From positions 1 to 38,314 of the forward strand of contig JYFJ02003733.1 of the NCBI GenBank assembly GCA_000934665.2: a DNA stretch of 38,314 bases, written 5' to 3'. The stretch is from Catajapyx aquilonaris (taxonomy: Eukaryota). The notes beneath the pieces are model-generated. The model worked only from the letters and a program-made list of their open reading frames with translations. It made no database searches and was not told where the DNA came from. Positions 12,944 to 24,221 of this stretch are shown one piece after another (the first letter of the stretch is position 1; every line of letters starts with the position of its first letter). Position numbers and translations under genes: made by a program.

Positions 12944-14358
12944 CTGAACACAAGAAAAAAAACAACACGATTACAGAATATGCAAGAAGTTTTGCCACGG
13001 AAACAAGCCTAGGTCAAGGTACTGTACGTTCCAGTTCTCGAATTTCAATAACCAAATTCAAGTGCCACACAGATCTTTCATCCCCTTTGATACCGTGTGC
13101 ATGTGAGCAAATCCGTCCAACCAAATCTCTTTTCCAATATGTGCACCAGCTAAGCTGTTGATATATTAAAATGCCGGCTATAATGATTAAGGGCATGTTA
13201 TCTATACTTAATAGGAATTATGGGACATGTTATCTATACTGTAGAAGCACTTGGATCAAGATCTATAACATGAAAACCTCAAAATGTGGAATTTGATATG
13301 TGCCCATCATACTTCTCATCAAACATTTCTAGAATCTACAGCTTTATCTGGGGTGAACGTAGGCCTGCTTCAAGGAACATGAGTACATTAAAGAGATCAT
13401 AATCACAAAACTTTTCTCTCCTCCTCCTCCTCCTCTCTCTCTCTATAGCATAATCTCACCCTCTCCATCATATCAAGATTGAATTACATGGAAAACATCA
13501 TTACTAATTGTCATTACAATACAATGTTACACCGTAACACATTGATGGCATGCACGGAGAATGACAGTTAAACGGGGCGCAGGGTGTCTGGGTAGATGAA
13601 TTATCAGTACAGTAGTACAGTACTTTTTTGACACATGAACCTGACTATAGAGGCAAAGAACCTTGATCATTTTGTTTCTTCTGATCACACCAAAGTCCCT
13701 GGAAACAAAATAGTGCGTAAAAATAAAATTCTACTACTCGGACAGACTGGTAATAATTTCCATTTCATTGGTCATGAGTAAATTATCACACTAATATGCT
13801 CCATTGTTTGTAAAATTGTCTAAATATTGTCATGTTTATTTCTCTCTATTGCTGGAGCAGCTGAGTCAAGCATCATAAATGCAAGTGAAAAAAAGTTATG
13901 TATTGTGTGAAATTGTTCACCTGAAGATGGATGATTTGCAAGTGTCAGTATGTAAATAGAAGACAAAATTACCCAGAAACCCATTAATTACTATTAATTA
14001 GAAAGATTCACATTTCTTGAATATGGGGCATTCATATCGTATGTCCTTCACGTTCTTCAGACATGTAGTTAATATTTTAGGCCAACAGCGTCCTTGTGTT
14101 TTTCAGGAGAAAATATTGAGCTTAAGTCATGTTTCCATAAATATTTGTTTCACATCTGGTGCATATGTGACACTTTGTTCCAAGGTCCCAGATGATCCAT
14201 AATTATTCAGATACATCATGGTAAATCACAGAGAAAAAAAAGCAAAACTATAACAGCTGTAGCATACCCTGGCCCACCCTGGCCTACTGTGCCCCTGGAT
14301 ATGGCTGGTGTTAGGGAGTTAGGCACTTAGGCTAGGAGGCCAATAATTTATCTAGTTA

Positions 14359-14596
14359 CAGTTCACTCAAGATGTCCCACGACAAAAGGCGTGGCCAAGT
14401 TCCCCCCACCCGTCTCTCCCTTCACTTTTCTCTTTGTGGTCATCGCCTTTCACTTTTCTCTCCACCAATGAGCAAGAACTAGCCTGTCCTGGCACATTGT
14501 TTCCCCCCACCAAACGCCCAAAATCCTATGTATAAAAATGTGGGCACTCTCTTCTCTCCAGGCCTTCTTTTGTCATTGGACTTCTTGAGTGAACTG
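14359..14596. mobile_element. Tc1/mariner-type MITE (238 bp)
   Basis: 30-bp TIRs CAGTTCACTCAAGA(T/A)GTCC(C/A)A(C/T)GACAAAAG; TA on left, TC (decayed) on right. Confidence 0.75.
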
Positions 14597-17139
14597 TCAT
14601 CACCTCCTTGCAATATTGATTCTAAATTGCAACTGTTTCCATGACATAAACCTGAACTATTTTCAATATGAAATATTACTGGATTCCAAAAGTAAGTATT
14701 GTTGGGCCATAAAAGCTGTTCAAGAATTTTCCTTGAAAATCAATGGAGCCATTTGATCTTTAGCTACTACCATGTAACTACTGAACACAACTACTATGTT
14801 GATCAAAACATTTCAGGGCACCTGACATTGTAAGCTCGAGTTCAGCACTGTTACAACCAAGTCTATTCTTACATCTCTTGATTAAGTAATGAAAAAGAAA
14901 AGGTCATTCAGTACAAGTCCTAGATCATGGTCTGGGCAGCCTGTTGCTGGTAAACCTTCCATTCGAACCGTTGGAGGAGGACACAAGGTATACAGTAGTT
15001 CCTGAGAGCACATCACAGTCCTAAACATGAGATTCATTCATAGTCTTCAGCACTTCAAGTGGTACAGCTTTGAGTAACCAAATCATGGTCCAGATCTGAC
15101 ATGTCACTTATTTCTTCCCCTCCAGATAATTTTTGGAAGACAAGAGTCTAGATTCGAGAGAATAACCCAAGATGCAAAAGAATAGGATTGGCAATGAGTG
15201 CTTGACCTAGGCTCTTTAAATAATCTAGTACCATACGTAGTTCAAAAGTACTTAGACAGGTGTGCTGTTTGTGACCAGAAATAGCTCAAGATCTTTTGGG
15301 AAACTTCTTGAAATAGATATTTTTTGAAAATGTAGTTACCAAACAGGACTTCCTTTTGGAATGGGGCAATATAAAAATTTAGCTGAAATGTATTTAAAAA
15401 ATCTGAAAATCAAGCGAAACACCATGCACCTCTCTCTCTTATAATGTTTTCTATTGCCAATGTATGCCAATGCATGGCTAAATTTTAAAAAAGGTTCCTG
15501 GTTTTGGAAGCAAGGCTGAAAACAAAAATGTAAAACAAGGAAGAGTCAGAAACTTAAATATGCCAGGAAATAAAAGAAAAGTAAATATTGGTTAATGCAA
15601 AACAATAGCATAATTTATTCAAATGACAATAAAAATCACAAATAATATAACAATAATGATGATAACAACAAAAAACATTTATACTCATAATGTAGGCAAC
15701 ACAACGCTATGGGTGATTGCTTAGGCCTCAGTCATACTAATTTTATATAACTCACTCAGAGCAGGAGGGGATGCACTGACTGATGTTCAGTGATGAGAAG
15801 GAAGGGATGGGGTCCAGCAAGTGCAGCTGTAATTTTTATATTTTCAAATATGTTACACATGTGCCATTTGCTCAGGAGAAAGCTGCATTTTACAGTAAGC
15901 CAGCATGTAAGGTAGGAGAAATCAATATGATCCTATTGTGCTTTAGTTAATAGCATTTTTGCTAAGTTGGGGCTTGATAGTCCACCACAAAAGTGAATGG
16001 TAAAGTATGCTTCATGGGCTGCAATAGAATGGTTGGAAAGTTGATTTGCAACTTTTTCAAATATAAAATAGCCACAGGAGGTGATAGAAATGTTCAATAA
16101 TTTTCATTTCAACTTGTAGAGTAGGGCAGGTGGGACACCTTTTTAAAAGTTTGACAGTCATCACTAGAGTTTTAATTTAATGATATTGATATTTGTACTA
16201 GTTGCTCATTGTAAATAACTCATTTGAAGGCACACATTGTACTTCAGCATGGAAATTGTCCGAAAATTTCTGTGCCGACAGGACATTTCATGAACACCAT
16301 ACTTAGTGAGCAGTAAGAGACAAATCGGACACCATCTACCATTGCCATAAAAACAACTTAATAATCATACATTACTGGCTGCTATTGCCAATTGGGAGAT
16401 ACTTCTATTGTGAATCTTTATATCTCAACTTGGTAATCTTAAAATTATTCTGCCTGTCACATTTCTAAGTAACAGTACCAGATCCTGGGCCTAAAAAATC
16501 TTAAGGGACCAAAATAACATTAGTGGCCCACACATTTCATGTCAGACTTGCTAGCATTGATCAAGTTGTACCGGCAAGTATACCCGCAACAACATGAAAG
16601 GACCAACATTTTCTGGCCAGTTTCCATTTCGATCTTCCATTTCATTCAAAATTATTCACTTGATGCCTACTAATGCTACTCAACTGATACTCGACTAATC
16701 ACTAATGCCAGAATATGAACATTTTAATTGACATAACCAAACTGCAACAATTTCCTGCAGCAGTAACTCAGCTATATTCAGTGGGAAATGTTATGATCTC
16801 CATTGACAAAATCAAATAACACAAGTTCTAATGCAATGCACCATTTTCCCCTCACATGAAAATAAGAAAACCTGAATGCTACTCTTATATTGCAAAGTAT
16901 ATTACCATGTAATAATTTTGCATTAAATCCTGGTTACATGAAAGACTTTCAAAAAACCTGCCAAGCAATAATAATCAAATCATATACAACACTTAATTCT
17001 GACTCCAAAATAATAGCCAACTAATATGCAGTAGTAAAATACATGGTGGTGGAAAAGGTGCACACTTCCTCTTGCAGATTTCTAAGACAAAATTACTCTT
17101 GTTGATGTTGGCGATTTCAGCTTCATTAGAAAGAAACAA

Positions 17140-17293
17140 TACCATCCCTGAATCTAAGTCGCACCCCTAGATTTAAGTAGTCAAATTTTAGAACACATAT
17201 TCATGCTTTGTACCTGATTCTAAGATGCACCCCACTTTTTCCCTGTCTTTTTAAAAGACAAAAAGTCCATCTTAGATTCGAGTAAAGAGGGTA
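17140..17293. mobile_element. Decayed pogo-like MITE
   Basis: GAATCTAAGTCGCAC near left, internal repeat GATTCTAAGATGCAC, right end TCTTAGATTCGAGTAAAGAGGG-TA, the layout of CCGTA-type pogo MITEs. Confidence 0.5.
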
Positions 17294-18403
17294 AGCATAA
17301 TTATTACTTGTTAAGTTTTGAATTGTCATGCATGCTGGTAATAGGTTCATCCTGCATGTGAGGTAATCCTTGTATCTGAGATGTTTGGGGAAAAGGATGC
17401 TGCCTAGTATGCGAGAGGTGCCTCATCACCAGCATGTATTTAAGTTCACGAGCAATTTTCTAATGAAACTAAAATTGCCCGTATGAATTAGGGTGATTTC
17501 CTCTTAGCAAACTGAGCTTAAATCTGACTGTGACAGGAGGAAGAATATTCAGCACCATCTATATACTGGGGATATAACCTGTGTGTTATCATTACTAAGC
17601 ATATTCTCCATAATGTGCGAAAAAAAGGTGTCAGGATTTCTAGTTGTCATGGCAAGATCTGCTCTAAGTGGCTCCCAAGCTGGAGAGCACTGAGATGAAG
17701 CATGCCCCCTTATGATTCATTCCCCTCTTATTGTATAGTGTCAAGTAACATGCCCATGGACAGGTCACTCCCCCCTTCAAAGGAATATGGTATCAAGGAT
17801 GAACACTGCATGCTTGTTAAAGATGAAACCTGGTTAGGGGGAGAAATATTTACTCCCCCTGGATGTTGCACTGATATAAAGTGACGCGGACATGCCCAAG
17901 TTGTTGCCGATTGCCTAGATGCAGGGTTTTGGGTTGTTCTTGCCTGTCACATTGGTAAAATCAAGATATGATGATGGTGGATAGAAATTGTCCCTACTCA
18001 GCTTTGTTCCTGTCATCAAGCACCAATAACTACTTTTTTAAACAACTTAAATGATGCAAAATGTATGATATGTATGAAATAAGTTGAATAATAAGACAAT
18101 TCTTGGTTCACTGAAAGTAACATTTCCACAGCATGTCAAAGTGATATCATGCAGTAGGGTCAACATTTGTAAACTTGAATTGCCCTTGATATTTCCTATA
18201 TACAAGGGTGATTCTCTCCTATCCGAACCCAAACATTCCTCAATAACTTTTTAATTATTGTATGGTTCTCAATGAAAATTGACATATACTTACCTTGTAT
18301 GATGCCAAACAAGGTCTGAATAGAGAATAGGATGAAAATGGTCCCCTCCAGCATCCAATTTTTTAAATGCGAGTCTGCATATTGGATTATATATGTGTTA
18401 ATG

Positions 18404-18639
18404 CAGAGGTTCCCAACCTGGGAGTCGTGGCCCCCCAAGGGGGCCGTGGAGCAGGTCCAGGGGGGTCGTGAGAGGCATTGTACCATATTTGGTGTTTTGT
18501 ATTAATATTGTGGGGAAATTTCTTGTATTGTTTGGCTGCTTCATTAAAGATTTATGCATGTTACTTTTGCAAGGGGGGCCGTGGAGAAATTTTAGGTGAT
18601 TTGGGGGGGTCGCGGGTGCAAAAAGGTTGGGAACCCCTG
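18404..18639. mobile_element. hAT (Charlie-like) MITE nested in the 18203-19042 element
   Basis: TIRs CAGAGGTTCCCAACCT / AGGTTGGGAACCCCTG; 8-bp TSD tgttaatg / tgctaatg (7 of 8). Confidence 0.88.
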
Positions 18640-18685
18640 TGCTAATGTGACATCATAATGGCAACAAACTCCCACCCTATATGGG

Positions 18686-18757
18686 TTAGAGGGTGTCAAT
18701 TGTTCTGGGCTTAATTCTGTATGTGCGGCCCTTCATTAAACCCCACAAGAAGAAATC
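18686..18757 (-). pseudogene. maT/rosa-type (Tc1/mariner superfamily) transposase C-terminal remnant
   Basis: DFFLWGLMKGRTYRIKPRTIDTL resembles the SPDLxPLDFFLWGxLKxxVYxxKPxTIDEL motif of these transposases. Confidence 0.75.
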
Positions 18758-19845
18758 AGGCCTCACGAGGCCCCCTCTACAGACTTCAGCTCTCCGAGGC
18801 TGGGCAAGTGTACCCGGCTGCCCCGCTCCCCTCTGCACGGCCCTGTATATACGCCAGTAGGCAGACTCGCATTCAAAAAAATTTGGACGCTGGAGGGGAC
18901 CATTTCCAGCATATGCTTTAGGCAGACCTTGTTTGGCATCATACAAGGTCATACATCATACATGTCAATTTTCATTGAGAACCATACAATAATTAAAAGT
19001 TACTGAGGAATGTTTGGGTTCGGATTTGGGAGAATCACCCTGTATATTTTGCACAGCAAAATTTTTTAACAGTGGGAATAGACTTTAGCTACTGCACCCC
19101 TTAATGTAAATTTTCACTATTAAACAATGCAAATAGTAAATACATCAGGCACAATGTTTTGACCTCTGGCAACGAAATTGCTATTCAGTAGTAATATTTT
19201 GTTATCTTCTATTTATCACTTCATATACTGCTAAAACAAAATAACCTTCTTGTAACACCAAATTCTGTTAAAAAAAAGGTTTCCTTGCATATTGTTGAGC
19301 AATAGCATGTAATATTGAAGCATGTACTTTACAAATAATGTCACAAGTAACAATGAGTGAAGTGACGAACTGCAATTCCAAATAATCAGTGCACACTACT
19401 GACCACTCATTGTGAAACCTGCTCTGTTAATGGGTCATGATTCTTGCTCAACACATTGGTTCCCCAGTGACTCAATGTGATAATTGGTCAATTTCACTAA
19501 ATTCCTACAGCCTCTTGTATATTTAACAAAAATACATATAAGCACTCCATATTAACTGAAAAAAAGCCTCCACAACCATAGTATTCCCCAACCAGAAAGT
19601 GCAAATGTACTCATTTCACTTACAAATCCAATGAATGCTCTTCTCAAAAACTTTTGAGTAAGTTAAAGACTGTCTCAATGGATTCCACAGGTCAAATGAA
19701 AGTATGTGATGCACAAAATTGTACAAAAGGGTGTGTACTCAAAATATAGGGTGGTCCAAGTATCAGGATCATTTTTAATTATCACAAATTTTGCCTGTAT
19801 GTAAGCTACCAAGATTTACCCACCATAAAATAATTACAGTTAATG

Positions 19846-20011
19846 CAGTGAATCCAGCAGAGTCCCACCTCCATGAACCATGTGCATACTGAACAAGATT
19901 ATGTTTTATGCAACATAAATACATTGAGAAGATTCCATTGTGATCTAACTAAACTCCCATAATGGGCAAGTTTCTGCTGTGTCCAGTGTCTGCTATAGGC
20001 AGGATTCACTG
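19846..20011. mobile_element. Decayed Tigger/pogo-like MITE
   Basis: CAGTGAATCCAGC pairs with GCAGGATTCACTG; TA flanks decayed. Confidence 0.4.
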
Positions 20012-20062
20012 TCTGTATCTGCAAGTCCCAAGGTTACCAGGGTGTTACATGAAGAAGTCATC

Positions 20063-20655
20063 AATTGAACACCTCCCTCGAAGAAGTGTATGTGCAATTA
20101 TATTGTTTGAAAAGTAGTGAGTCTCCCTGTGAAGGAGCTGTCCCAGGTGAATGGCACTTTATCACCTCTCTATATAGTTCTCCTGGGAGTGTGATGCACT
20201 TCTCCCAGCAGTGGTCCAGCTTTGCTTCCCTTCGAGAAAAAATGTTTGCATTGGTCATCACACCATTCACGAACAGCGTTCATGACTTCATCACTGTTGA
20301 AACGCAGTTCTTTCAGGTGTCACTGGAGTGTTGGGAACAGGTGAGAGTCAGATCTAACTATCACCTGTTCCTAACACTCAAACGACACAGTCTGAAAGAA
20401 CAGCGTTTCAACAGTGGTGCCGCCGTCATGGAGGCTGTGTGTGAAGGGTGTGATGACCAAGACAAATATGTTTTTTGCGAAAGGACACAAAGATGGACCA
20501 CTTCTGGGAGAAGTGCATCACACACCCAGGAGGACTACATAGAGAAGTGATAAAGTACCATTCACCTATGACAACTCCTTCACATGTATAGGCTCACTAC
20601 TTTTCAAACAATATATTATTGTACATACACCCTTCTACGAGGAAGGGGTTCAATT
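20063..20655. mobile_element. Spacer-less foldback made of two inverted mariner (DD34D) transposase 3' ends
   Basis: About 290-bp arms meeting at AGA|TCT (20352/20353); plus arm reads SNYHLFLTLKRHSLKEQRFNS...EDYIEK*, minus arm SDSHLFPTL...KLDHCWEKCITL; mariner consensus SDYHLF...QRF...RWEKCI...GDYVEK. Confidence 0.88.
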
Positions 20656-20656
20656 A

Positions 20657-20839
20657 TATTTTTTTGCAAAGGGATGCAAAGCTGGACCACTGCTGGGAGA
20701 AGTGCATCACACTCCAGGGGGACTATGTAGAGAAGTGAAAGAGTACCATTCACCTGGGACGACTACGTCACTTGTCTAGGCTACTACTTTTCAAACAATA
20801 ATTGCACATAAACCTTTCTTCGATGGAGGGGTTCAATTG
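20657..20839 (+). repeat. Third, tandem copy of the distal right arm of the mariner foldback
   Basis: Direct repeat of about 20470-20655; reads KLDHCWEKCITLQGDYVEK* and ends in GGGGTTCAATTG. Confidence 0.85.
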
Positions 20840-21478
20840 TTGCTTCCAAAGGATTGTTTCCCTTAAAAATAATTGCTGAGGTACGCAATGACTTCATCCC
20901 CAGTCCCCCATTTCAACTAGGGACTTGGGCAGTGCACCACCTTGCATATTTCCCTAAACTTCATTATTTTGTTCATTTACATCGTAACCTATCCCTTATT
21001 GAAAAGGTAGCCAGCATGCTTGTGGCATAGCCACATATTCAATTTTTTAGAAATGCAGATATATAAATGAAAGAAATAAAGAATAAATGAATGATTAAAA
21101 ATGCACAGAGAACCAATTATTATTCAAATTTTTCTGTATGCATGCATGAGTAGTTCATCATTAAAAGTGACATAATTATGATCTAGGTTTACTTGTTAAG
21201 AGGTATGTTATGTGACTCATCAGTGAACATTCAATATTAAAGTTCCAACCCTTTGTCTCCTGCACCAGATTTGGTTGTATTATAATGCAAGCACACAAAA
21301 TAATTATTCTTAATTCACTGGTACAACCCCAACAGAAATTTCTCTCACCATAGCCTTAGGAACTGTTCATAGTTTCTATGTTCATGCGTATTTACGCCAC
21401 TTTCGTGATATTTTGAATGGCACGACATCATAGGCCAACGGTTTCATTCATTGTAAACAACCCGAAACAAACACTTAC

Positions 21479-21692
21479 TGCACGAATTTAAATACACGCA
21501 GCTCCCTGCCACGTATTTCCCGGTATGTGGACTTCCGCTGAAAGCCATTTTTTAAAATCCCGAAATTCTGTGACTTACTTTTCGCAGAGAAAAAAATCCA
21601 AACGATCTGTGAAGGGTAGGCAATCTCCCCTGGTGCCATTTTGGTCGTCGAGAGTGTCTTCGCTCCTAATTGGCCGGGCGGACTGCTCCGAG
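21479..21692 (-). promoter_or_regulatory. Candidate CpG-rich promoter / first-exon region of a minus-strand transcript
   Basis: Local CpG enrichment next to a CpG-poor block; ATTGG (21669-21673), GGGCGG (21676-21681), YY1-like GCCATTTT at about 21635 and 21544, ETS-like ACTTCCG (21531), two consensus gtaagt donors at 21578 and 21478. Confidence 0.5.
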
Positions 21693-21845
21693 CAGTGACA
21701 TATTATTAAATAGGCCCCGCAGGCACGTGCCTAGGGCGGCAAATTTTCGGGGGTTGCAAAATAATGTCATGGAGGCAGAAAATTTTATTGAGGAGAAAAT
21801 TGTGACGCGTGCGAAAATATGTAATACATGGTGTCACAGTTCATG

Positions 21846-22000
21846 TGCCGCCCCAAGATGAATCGCCCGATGCCCGAGAACAGTAAGGGCGAAAGTCGCA
21901 TGCACCCTTCCCCTCTAGGACAGTGGGGATCTGTGCAGGATCTACAGGCGACTTTCGCCCTTACTTGTCTGGGCATCGGCCGATTCACCTTGGAGCGGCA
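21846..22000. mobile_element. Palindromic MITE (155 bp) nested in the hAT element
   Basis: About 54-bp imperfect TIRs TGCCGC(C/T)CCAAG(A/G)TGAATCG...GGGCGAAAGTCGC; TG left and TA right flanks. Confidence 0.8.
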
Positions 22001-22404
22001 TAAAAGTGTATACCCCAAGATGAAATTCATTGGATTTTGCTAAGTACTAGTAGGAGTATCCGTGACCAAAATTTCAAATTTTTTGAAATAACAATTTTCG
22101 ATATAAGAGAGCTATTTTAAAATGAAGTTCCGATGAGCTGTGAATCAGATGCAAGAGTGATTTAAAAAAATTTTAATACATACAAAAGTTACCGGGCAAT
22201 TCCACGAAAGGCGGCCATATTGTCAGTACGTAACGCAGGTTTTGCAGACATGTACTAGCGTATTTTATTGTAACAATACCCACACATTACATGAAATGGA
22301 TTAAGCATGCAGTGCATGCATCCTGGCATTGTTATAATAAAATACTCTTGTGCACGTAGGCAACACTTGCGTTACGTACAGACGGCTGCGCCATGGAATT
22401 GCCC

Positions 22405-22410
22405 NNNNNN
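22405..22410. other. Undetermined bases (NNNNNN) next to a poly-C run
   Basis: Six N characters; another single N at 292 inside a poly-G run. Confidence 0.95.
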
Positions 22411-22438
22411 CCCCCCCCCACCTACCTACATTCGTATG

Positions 22439-22949
22439 CTATTTTTCCCCATAGTCACCGTCCGTTTGGAATCACTTGTCTAATGTCTTTTTGTATGCTT
22501 ACTCCATAGAAGGTTGCCATCTGGGTACTGAGCCAACCTATCACACACTTTTTCATCTCTTCATTGTTCTTGAACTCACTATCCACAACACTTCTAATAG
22601 CCCAGCTTTCCTGTTACAAAGTCATAAAGAGATGACCGCGAAATTTGGGGGGAAATCATGACAGGCCAGAAATTATGACCCGATTTGCTCCAAAACCAAT
22701 TTGTTGACTTTTCAACATCAATGCCAGTCGCCACAAACTTTCTCCCCTTACTTTCCTCATCATGGACATCAATTCGTCCTTTTTGAAAATTCTGACCCAG
22801 CAATGTCACTCATGCACTTGACTCCATACACATGACACAATCTCCTATGAATTTCGGCTGCATTGTGTCTTTAGCTTGGAGAAATCTAATTATAGAGCGA
22901 ACCTATAGCATTTGGTGGGAGCATCGATTGTATTAGGGTTAGAAAACAT
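22439..22949 (-). pseudogene. Internally deleted mariner (DD34D) transposase relic
   Basis: Frameshifted pieces IDAPTKC..VRSIIRFLQAK..AAEIHRRLCHVYG..MS and FQKGRIDVHDEESKGR (N-terminal HTH region) joined to FKNNEEMKKCVIGWLSTQMATFYGVSIQK..DGDYGEK* (C-terminus); catalytic core missing. Confidence 0.85.
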
Positions 22950-23490
22950 GGTGCCACGTTATGACAAGTGACTCAATCGAGACGATGACTATATATAGAG
23001 AAGTAGCAGAAGGTTGACTCTCACTTTTGTGAATATTAAAATATTTGTCATTATTCTTGATTTTCTTTCACAGCTCATCAGAACTTACTTTAAAAATAGC
23101 TTTCGTAGTTGGCCTTGAAATCGGCAAATTTCGGAATTTCCCCAGTCTCGTACATAAAAATCAGCCTGGGGTGGGAGGGGGGCCTAGGGGATGCAAAAAC
23201 CTAAATACGTCACTGGCTCCGAGCACTTGACGTTGCCAGCTTGCCACCTGAGCCGCCTTTTTTTTTGTGCATCCGGAGGATCACATTACCTCCGTTTAAA
23301 ACGGACCTTTAAAATTTTTAACAGACACTATGTTTTCATAATTCATCAGAGACTGGGCAACCATGTAAAATTTTCCTGGATGTTTTAGAGGGGTATAAGC
23401 CGCCTTTAAAAACTACTACTAGTAATAGGATGACGTCACCGTCTTGTGCATAGTTTATGAGGCGGTTGCTGCCCTATCTCGATATGCAGC

Positions 23491-23636
23491 GTAGGTTGGT
23501 ATGTCTTGCAATGTTCAGCCCTCTCTTGTGCATGAATCGAGAGCGAAACCAATGGTGCCACATCCAGTGATTTTCACCTAGGGTGCTCCTTTTAAACCCC
23601 ACCCGAACAGTGCAAAATCGCCCGGGAGACAAAGGG
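23491..23636. mobile_element. piggyBac-like element right end, copy 1
   Basis: Ends GGAGACAAAGGG-TTAA; high-identity direct repeat of 31473-31619. Confidence 0.7.
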
Positions 23637-23947
23637 TTAAAAACTGAGAAATGAAAAACAGGACGATAACCAAGATAACACCACTATTTTGAAGGCTTCA
23701 ATTTTCACAAATTACCAGTATTACATGCAGCTTGGCAGCATTTCAACAATTAATCTGCACAAATCATCTATTAACATCACTTGTAAACACAGTAGCAACA
23801 TGAGACCTGAGGCAATGCCTTCGGACTGTGATACAAGATTGGAATCTAATGAACACTTCTTGAAACATAAGATATCCTGAGTCCGAAAGTCATTAATAAT
23901 GCAGTGTACACAACCCAGAAACTTTTTCCAACAGTCTACTGCCAACA

Positions 23948-24123
23948 TTACATACTCTTATCCCTCACTTTGCATACTAAAATCCTCAGTAAGTCCAACT
24001 GCTCAGGAGATAGTAGAGCCCACAAGTCTGTTTCCAATGAAATCAATGCATCCAGATCTTTGGATTGAAACGCCATCACCAAAGATTGCAATAATATAAA
24101 CATCTCCTCACTTAAATACGGCA
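23948..24123 (-). CDS. F8A1: HAP40 / F8A1 orthologue, terminal coding exon
   Basis: Acceptor ttttatttttttgcag|TG; translates (V)[57 protein letters not shown], matching from memory the human HAP40 C-terminus [49 protein letters not shown]; TAA stop at 23950-23948. Confidence 0.93.
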
Positions 24124-24221
24124 CTGCAAAAAAATAAAATCGAAGTTCACCTCTACAATAAATACAAGTAAATTTATCACTCAAAAGAATTCTTAATTCA
24201 CTCTTCACAACATCTGCTTCA

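Larger units (their letters stand above)
18203..19042. mobile_element. Long-TIR (about 190 bp) Tc1/mariner deletion derivative with CAGGGTG termini
   Basis: 18203-18392 is an imperfect reverse complement of about 18846-19042; TA flanks; carries a transposase remnant and a nested hAT MITE. Confidence 0.88.
22105..23105. mobile_element. Decayed foldback element whose right arm is interrupted by an N gap and a mariner relic
   Basis: 22194-22280 pairs with 22325-22404 (GGGCAATTCCA/TGGAATTGCCC); 22105-22190 pairs with 23023-23105 (GCTATTTT...GATGAGCTGTGAA); boundaries approximate. Confidence 0.6.
21693..23215. mobile_element. hAT-type non-autonomous element with nested insertions
   Basis: TIRs CAGTGACATATT / AATACGTCACTG and perfect 8-bp TSD gctccgag at 21685-21692 and 23216-23223. 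Confidence 0.85.

Noticed and set aside
15126..15185. Plus-strand acceptor tttcttcccctccag with short frame IIFGRQESRFERITQDAKE*
   Set aside because: No partner exons or homology; overlaps a TCTAGATTCGAG motif resembling decayed pogo-type MITE ends.
20065..20550. 161-aa ORF as a functional gene
   Set aside because: First half is antisense mariner, second half a frameshifted mariner C-terminus; product of the palindrome.
23721..23948. 75-aa ORF overlapping the HAP40 stop as TAATG (stop-restart arrangement)
   Set aside because: No recognisable homology; lies in the presumed 3' UTR and such overlaps arise by chance.
23963..23968. Possible donor AAA|gtgagg inside the last HAP40 exon
   Set aside because: Read-through gives a stop six codons later at about the expected HAP40 length and no downstream coding exon was found; alternative splicing cannot be excluded.
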